Source of the DNA: Macrostomum lignano | Taxonomy: Eukaryota | Length of the DNA: 64,000 bases | NCBI GenBank assembly: GCA_002269645.1 | Contig: NIVC01003961.1 | Span: 1-64,000 of the forward strand | Direction: 5' to 3' | Shown: in pieces, positions 56,585 to 64,000 of the stretch | Numbering within the stretch: position 1 is the stretch's first letter | Layout: each line of letters starts with the position of its first letter | Notes under the pieces: generated by a model | Told to the model about the DNA's origin: nothing | The model's database searches: none | Seen by the model: the letters and a program-made list of their open reading frames with translations, nothing else | Translations under genes and position numbers: made by a program

Positions 56585-57375
56585 CCACGCCATTGCTCCC
56601 GCACCCCATGACACCCACCACCCCATTGCACACACCACCCCATTGCACCCACCACCCCATGACACCCACCACCCCATTGCACACACCACCCCATTGCACA
56701 CATCACCCCACTGCACACATCACCCCATTGCACCCACCACCCCACTGCACACACCACCCCATTGCACACATCACCCCATTGCACACACCACCCCACTGCA
56801 CACACCACCCCATTGCACACATCACCCCATTGCACACACCACCCCACTGCACACACCACCCCATTGCACACATCACCCCATTGCACACACCACCCCACTG
56901 CACACACCACCCCATTGCACACATCACCCCATTGCACGCATCACCCCACTGCACACACCACCCCATTGCACACATCACCCCATTGCACACACCACCCCAC
57001 TGCACACATCACCCCATTGCACGCATCACCCCATTGCACGCATCACCCCACTGCACACACCACCCCATTGCACACATCACCCCATTGCACACACCACCCC
57101 ACTGCACACATCACCCCATTGCACGCATCACCCCACTGCACACACCACCCCATTGCACACATCACCCCATTGCACACACCACCCCACTGCACACATCACC
57201 CCATTGCACACACCACCCCATTGCACGCATCACCCCATTGCACCCACCACTCCATTGCACACACCACCCCATTGCACACACCACCCCATTGCACACATCA
57301 CCCCATTGCACACATCACCCCATTGCACACATCACATTGCACACATCATTGCACCCACCACCCCACTGCACATAC
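56585..57375. repeat. 17-bp minisatellite (CACACCACCCCATTGCA)
   Basis: About 45 copies. Confidence 0.95.
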
Positions 57376-58049
57376 CAACCTATTGGTCCACCAGCCTATT
57401 TGACCCACGACCCTTAGTGTTCTCATTTCTATTGTAAAAATACTGTATAATAAATTCTTCAAGTAAAAGTACAATTTAGCAAATCTGCAGACCAACTGCA
57501 CGAGGCAGTTGCCATTGTAGTAGAATTTCTTGCACCAATATTGTCAATATGTCATTGTAGATCTTTAGGTACCGTTTTATTTGACAGGATTGTTAAAATT
57601 AAAGGATCCACCAAGACACAGATTCCTAAAGATTGTACGTATCTAATCTATGCGATATCACTAACAAATCGCATATTATGGTTTTCTAATTCGACTTTTG
57701 CACATTTATGTTTATGATTTTTCCTGTTTACTGTTTCCTGTTCCCCCTGTTACCGTCTCTGATAAGGAATTTACTTTTTGTTGAACTTTGTGTAATTGAT
57801 GGATTGATGTATGATGCTACCATAAGTAGTATAGTGAACAAGCGATGACCACTGTTGATTCATTTTTTAATAATATAAATATTGTTTTATTCGGTGTATA
57901 TATAAGTACGCGTTTTGTTTTTCTATCCCAATTAATTTTTTTCAATAGCTCTGTTTTCGTTTATTTAATTTTGCAACTTCAACTGCACCGAAATGCCTAT
58001 TTAATTGCTTCAGTGAGATTTAATGTCTGTCTGTCTGTACTTCACTCGC

Positions 58050-58915
58050 TAGTTGTCAGCCTGTAACCCCCTGGTCCCTTCAGTCAGACAGCCTGTTACC
58101 CTCTGGTCCCTTCAGTCAGACAGCCTGTTACCCTCTGGACCCTTCAGTCAGACAGCCTGTTACCCTCTGGTTCCTTCAGTCAGACAGCCTGTAACCCCCT
58201 GGTCCCTTCAGTCAGACAGCCTGTTACCCTCTGGTCCCTTCAGTCAGACAGCCTGTTACCCTCTGGTCCCTTCGGTTCGACAGTCTGTTACCCTCTGATT
58301 CATTCAGTCAGGCAGCCTGTTACCCTCTGGACCCTTCAGTCAGACAGCCTGTTACCCTCTGGTCCCTTCGGTTCGACAGTCTGTTACCCTCTGATTCATT
58401 CAGTCAGGCAGCCTGTTACCCTCTGGACCCTTCAGTCAGGCAGCCTGTTACCCTCTGGTCCCTTCAGTCAGACAGCCTGTTACCCTCTGGTTCCTTCAGT
58501 CAGACAGCCTGTTACCCTCTGGTCCCTTCGGTTCGACAGTCTGTTACCCTCTGATTCATTCAGTCAGGCAGCCTGTTACCCTCTGGACCCTTCAGTCAGG
58601 CAGCCTGTTACCCTCTGGTCCCTTCGGTTCGACAGTCTGTTACCCTCTGATTCATTCAGTCAGGCAGCCTGTTACCCTATGGACCCTTCAGTCAGGCAGC
58701 CTGTTACCCTCTGGTCCCTTCAGTCAGACAGCCTGTTACCCTCTGGTTCCTTCAGTCAGACAGCCTGTTACCCTGTGGTTCCTTCGGTCCGACAGCCTGT
58801 TACCCTCTGATTCATTCAGCCAGACAGTCTGTTACCCTCTGGTCCCTTCAGTCAGACGGCCTGTTGCCCTCTGGTTCATTCTGTCAGGCAGCCTGTTACC
58901 CTCTGGTTCCTTAAT
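58050..58915. repeat. 32-bp minisatellite (GTCAGACAGCCTGTTACCCTCTGGTCCCTTCA)
   Basis: About 27 copies with variants. Confidence 0.95.
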
Positions 58916-59739
58916 CATGCTCATCTACCTTCAGTTTGCTACTACAATATTCCCTATTCAAAGCGCTCAAAGCTTCGCCATGCTTTAACAAACTGACTGA
59001 AATGAAGAAATTAACCATGACAGATGGCTGTCTGTCATAGCGAATTAGTCTGATTGCAGGCAACAGGTTTCTTCATTGCTACTGGGCATCAGTAGCTGAT
59101 GCCGCGAATTCCGCTGTCCAGTGTTCTGCTGGAGCAAAAGCAAATTGGACAACTCGCTAAGCCTTAAACTGTCTTCCTAGCCTAACTGCGGTCTCAAGTT
59201 TCCAAAGGCAGACTGGCTGGCAATAATTACATTACAGCGGATTAATGCCCAGCCTGCCATGCTGGTGGGGAGATTGAATTATTAAGGCAGCAGAAAATAG
59301 TTTAAGGCGAAGTGCGGCTGTTGGCCCAGTCTCTCCTCTGGGTATTCGGTTGATTACACGTCGCAAAAAGTGAGGGTGTGACGCTATATTCATGGTTAAC
59401 TTGACTATATTGGAGAATGTCTTCTCGAACTGCAACATGCTGGCGTTGGGTGTCATTTGGCACTGTCGTGTTAGGGCTATAATGCAAGTTGAGAACTGCA
59501 CCAAGTGAAGATCTCAACACTTCCCCCCCCCGCTCGCTGACTGCACTGAATCAATAGTCTTTTGGCCATAGACATCCTCAGGCTGACTGGTAAATGTGTA
59601 GCTTGTCGGTATCAAATGATACCACAGTAATTTGAAGTTTAATTTACCGCTTTCGGACATCTAGCTTGCTGGGATCAATGATGCTTTCAAGTGTAGCTTA
59701 GATTACACTTATTTTCCGCGATCAAATATGTAAGTTTGT

Positions 59740-60500
59740 ATTGTAGTGTACCGGTTCCAGGTGACAACTATTGTAGTTTACCGGTTCAAGGTGACAACTA
59801 TTGTAGTTTACCGGTTCCAGGTGACAACTATTGTAGTTTACCGGTTCCAGATGACAACTATTGTAGTTTACCGGTTCCAGATGACAACTATTGTAGTTTA
59901 CCGGTTCCAGATGACAACTATTGTAGTTTACCGGTTCCAGATAACATCTATTTTACATGTAGTTTACCGGTTCCAGATGACAACTATTGTACATGTAGTT
60001 TACCGGTTCCAGATGACAACTATTGTAGTTTACCGGTTCCAGATGACAACTATTGTACATGTAGTTTACCGGTTCCAGATGACAACTATTGTACATGTAG
60101 TTTACCGGTTCCAGATGACAACTATTGTACATGTAGTTTACCGGTTCCAGATGACAACTATTGTACATGTAGTTTACCGGTTCCAGATGACAACTATTGT
60201 ACATGTAGTTTACCGGTTCCAGATGACAACTATTGTAGTTTACCGGTTCCAGATGACAACTATTGTAGTTTTACCGGTTCCAGATGACAACTATTGTACA
60301 TGTAGTTTACCGGTTCCAGATGACAACTATTGTACATGTAGTTTACCGGTTCCAGATGACAACTATTGTACATGTAGTTTACTGGTTCCAGGTGACATCT
60401 ATTGTACATGTAGTTTACCGGTTCCAGATGACAACTATTGTACATGTAGTTTACTGGTTCCAGGTGACAACTTTTTTAGTTTACCGGTTCCAGATGATAC
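59740..60500. repeat. 30/36-bp minisatellite (TGTAGTTTACCGGTTCCAGATGACAACTAT, with or without TGTACA)
   Basis: Direct reading. Confidence 0.95.
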
Positions 60501-61479
60501 TGAATTGTAGTTAACCTTTACCAGCTTCATTAAAAATTACATGTAATCTAATAGTGTTACCATTAGTAAGACTTAATTGTTCCGCTTGGCCAGGCTCGTT
60601 GCGATTGCATTGCATTGGCACCAACTCATATTGTTAGGCTTTTAATTTTTACTTGTAATTAACCATTTTCCTTTTAATTTGCCGCATAGCCTATAATGAG
60701 GAGTCAACGACCATGACAGATAGTCATGATATCGCGTGCCTGTCTGTAACATCTGCCTCTGTCACCCTCTCATCACCGACGGAACAACCTGCCCGTCTGG
60801 CTCTCTCCATCTCTCTGGTGATCTCGGCCCTTTCAAAGCCCATGACGGATCCCCGCCCCGTCATCGCCTTCCTGTCTGTCTCCCTCTCTCCCTGAATCCC
60901 CACTCTTCTCCAGTCTCCCTTATCATCTGCGTTGACCTGTCGTCTCAGCTTGTTATATAGCGTCATCATCATCGGCATAATCTCAATATACCGGTATGCA
61001 ATATATGCATTCACAGCAAGCAAAGGCAAGGGGTTTGGGAGAAGGAAGGGGGTTGTTGCAAATTTGAGCAATTTTCTGCCCCGTTGGATACAAGGCCCAC
61101 CGCCTCGCCAAAAAGGCGGCTGCTGCTGCGGCGGCTGTGGTCCGCCATTTTGGGATGCGTGTGGGGGTGGAGGTTGTTGTTGGCGGCAGTTGCAATTGCA
61201 ATTCAAAAGTTGGGCTCAGTATAATAAGCTAGATAGCGTCTGATTGACTGACAGACAGACAGACAGACGACAGCTTTTCAGTAGATTGGAGAGGCTGAGA
61301 GCTGCCCATTCTTGGCCGCTTTGGTTGACGCAATATGCAAAAATGCAGCTAATTGTTAAAATCATAGGTGGCTATTTTAGAGCACACTTAAGAGTTTGAA
61401 ACAATGTTTTCTTTGTTAAAAATAAGCTGTATCTGGCTGCTTTTTCCACTGGCTAAAAACTAATTTACCTGTTTCCAAA

Positions 61480-62787
61480 GGGTCTGAGAGGTTAGTTTAC
61501 CTGTCCCAGTAGGATCTGAGAGGTTAGTTTACCTGTCTCAATAAGATCTGAGAGGTTAGTTTGCCTGTCTCAATAAGATCTGAGAGGTTAGTTTGCCTGT
61601 CTCAATAAGATCTAAGAGGTTAGTTTATCTGTCTCAATAGGATCTGAGGGGTTAGTTTACCTGTCTCAATAAGATCTGAGGGGTTAGTTTACCTGTCTCA
61701 ATAAGATCTGAGGGGTTAGTTTACCTGTCTCAATAAGATCTGAGGGGTTAGTTTACCTGTCTCAATAAGATCTGAGGGGTTAGTTTACCTGTCTCAATAA
61801 GATCTGAGAGGTTATTTTATCTGTCTCAATAAGATCTGAGAGGTTAGTTTACCTGTCTCAATAAGATCTGAGGGGTTAGTTTACCTGTCTCAATAAGATC
61901 TGAGGGGTTAGTTTACCTGTCTCAATAAGATCTAAGAGGTTATTTTATCTGTCTCAATAAGATCTGAGAGGTTAGTTTACCTGTCTCAATAAGATCTGAA
62001 AGGTTAGTTTACCTGTCTCAATAAGATCTGAGGGGTTAGTTTACCTGTCTCAATAAGATCTGAGAGATTAGTTTACCTGTCTCAATAAGATCTGAGAGGT
62101 TAGTTTACCTGTCTCAATAAGATCTGAGAGATTAGTTTACCTGTCTCAATAAGATCTGAGAGATTAGTTTACCTGTCTCAATAAGATCTGAGAGGTTAGT
62201 TTACCTGTCTCAATAAGATCTGAGAGATTAGTTTACCTGTCTCAATAAGATCTGAGAGGTTAGTTTACCTGTCTCAATAGGATCAGAGGTTAGTTTACCT
62301 GTCTCAATAGGATCAGAGGTTAGTTTACCTGTCTCAATAGGATCAGAGGTTAGTTTACCTGTCTCAATAAGATCTGAGAGATTAGTTTACCTGTCTCAAT
62401 AAGATCTGAGAGGTTAGTTTACCTGTCTCAATAGGATCAGAGGTTAGTTTACCTGTCTCAATAGGATCAGAGGTTAGTTTACCTGTCTCAATAGGATCAG
62501 AGGTTAGTTTACCTGTCTCAATAGGATCAGAGGTTAGTTTACCTGTCTCAATAGGATCAGAGGTTAGTTTACCTGTCTCAATAGGATCAGAGGTTAGTTT
62601 GCCTGTCTCAATAGGATCAGAGGTTAGTTTACCTGTCTCAATAGGATCAGAGGTTAGTTTACCTGTCTCAATAGGATCAGAGGTTAGTTTACCTGTCTCA
62701 ATAGGATCAGAGGTTAGTTTACCTGTCTCAATAGGATCAGAGGTTAGTTTGCCTGTCTCAATAGGATCAGAGGTTAGTTTACCTGCA
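61480..62787. repeat. Minisatellite: 32-bp units (GAGGTTAGTTTACCTGTCTCAATAAGATCTGA) switching to 30-bp units (...AATAGGATCA)
   Basis: Direct reading. Confidence 0.96.
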
Positions 62788-64000
62788 TGAATGGATGGAA
62801 ATATACTCATAGTTAACCTTAATCGGACAGTAAATATTTGTTCCGTTTGTCGTATTTTCTAAAGCGATAAAGTTAGCAAACCTATCTTTGCTAAGGTATA
62901 TTATTAGTATTAAGTGCTTCGTATTCATTCTTGCAGATTATTGTAGCGATCTTACCGGTACTCGCTCAGCCCCAATAATGAGTCAGCCAACGAGTCAGCT
63001 CGGTGTATTTCAAAACAACAGTCAGTCCCGCGGCTCCCATCGTATCTCTTTGTTAATTAGTGTGGCAGCAGTAGCAAAAAATTATGGACGAGCCGCGCTA
63101 AAGCTACAAGTTCTTGTCTTCCCCGAAACCCAGGCATGTCCCAAGATATTCGCGGTAAGGTAATACGATGGGCTAAGCAGAGGCTGTTAAAAGTGTGGTC
63201 TTATTATTTTATTACTCTACACTGTCGAGCGGTTCTGATAAGTCTTAATTAATCTGCGATTGCATTTTTCCGCCAGATTTACCTTCCCCTCACTACTAAG
63301 TGTCCTCTCTCGACAAGATGCGTATTGCAGACTGCCATGCAGCATTCTTATCTTCCCGCTCAGCAGCAGCCTCTCTTTGTGTGCGTGCTTATCAAATTGA
63401 GCTCCCCTGTTGTCGCTGAAATAATAATTGTTAGCTGATTGAGATGCAAATGAGCAGTTTAGGGAGAAGCGAGCTGTCAATTCGGGTGTAAAATGCAAAA
63501 AAATTTCTGTGAGCACGACAACAGCTGACGGATACCTCGTTTGAATCGTTAATGCCCCCCCCATGCAGTCAGCATATTCAATACAGAGCTCATGTATGTG
63601 GAAATTTGCTCAGAAGGACACAGATGCTTTTTATAGCCTGCAGATATATAGAGACTTGCTTTGAGGCATTGAGACAAGTCTTATACTTACTATCTGACAC
63701 ACCTGTCTGACTGTTGGTAATTGGTAATTTCTTTGGCTCAAATTTACTTTGACTAGATAAGTGGATCGATTGGATGGGAGAAGAAGACGCTCAGAGGGAG
63801 GGATTTGGGATTAAGGTCATGGTCGTCGCGTGCAGGTTGCGTGAGGAGTAGAGAGAGGAGCTTGTGAAAAATCATTTCTTTCGTGTCTAAAGTTATGAAA
63901 CTCGTCATAACTACTTCTTCTAAAAGTAGATTCTTTGATTAGAAAAGTTCTACAATGTAAATCTTCAAATAATTTTTGCTCAAGGTATATATATTAGATT

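Noticed and set aside
56467-60514. His/Pro/Thr-rich and Cys-rich ORFs (metallothionein-like appearance)
   Set aside because: They are translations of the 17-bp and 30/36-bp non-coding repeats, open in several frames.
62888-63564. ORFs 62888..63163 (+) and 63217..63564 (-); FSDNRGAQF faintly resembles a transposase SDN motif
   Set aside because: The similarity is limited to a few residues and no other catalytic motifs are present.

Overview
Eukaryotic (animal) genomic DNA. GC-rich exons, canonical GT-AG introns and roughly one third tandem repeat. The style suggests a free-living flatworm such as Macrostomum, but this is inference and the species is not proven. Seven protein genes can be reconstructed by hand with phase-consistent splice sites: (-) a 5-exon stathmin-domain STMND1-like gene; (+) a single-exon secreted Glu/Lys/His-rich helical protein; (+) a neuropeptide precursor with 11 copies of QYNGGMF-G-KR (SIFamide/NLP-10-like); (-) DNAJC1; (-) LYRM5/ETFRF1; (-) a multi-SIM C2H2 zinc-finger gene carrying a ZNF451-like SIM-PxRP-SIM motif, 5' exon not found; and (+) an 8-exon CYLD-like deubiquitinase. 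An AT-rich nest of DNA transposons at about 38.7-50.7 kb includes a MITE inserted into a copy of itself and a 3.8-kb long-TIR element carrying a broken, intron-containing PHD-finger gene. There are also RTE-LINE and Crypton-like remnants and more than 20 mini/microsatellites, which explain almost all of the long ORFs in the supplied track. No rRNA, tRNA or CRISPR array was recognised. All homology calls come from recalled family motifs; no searches were run.
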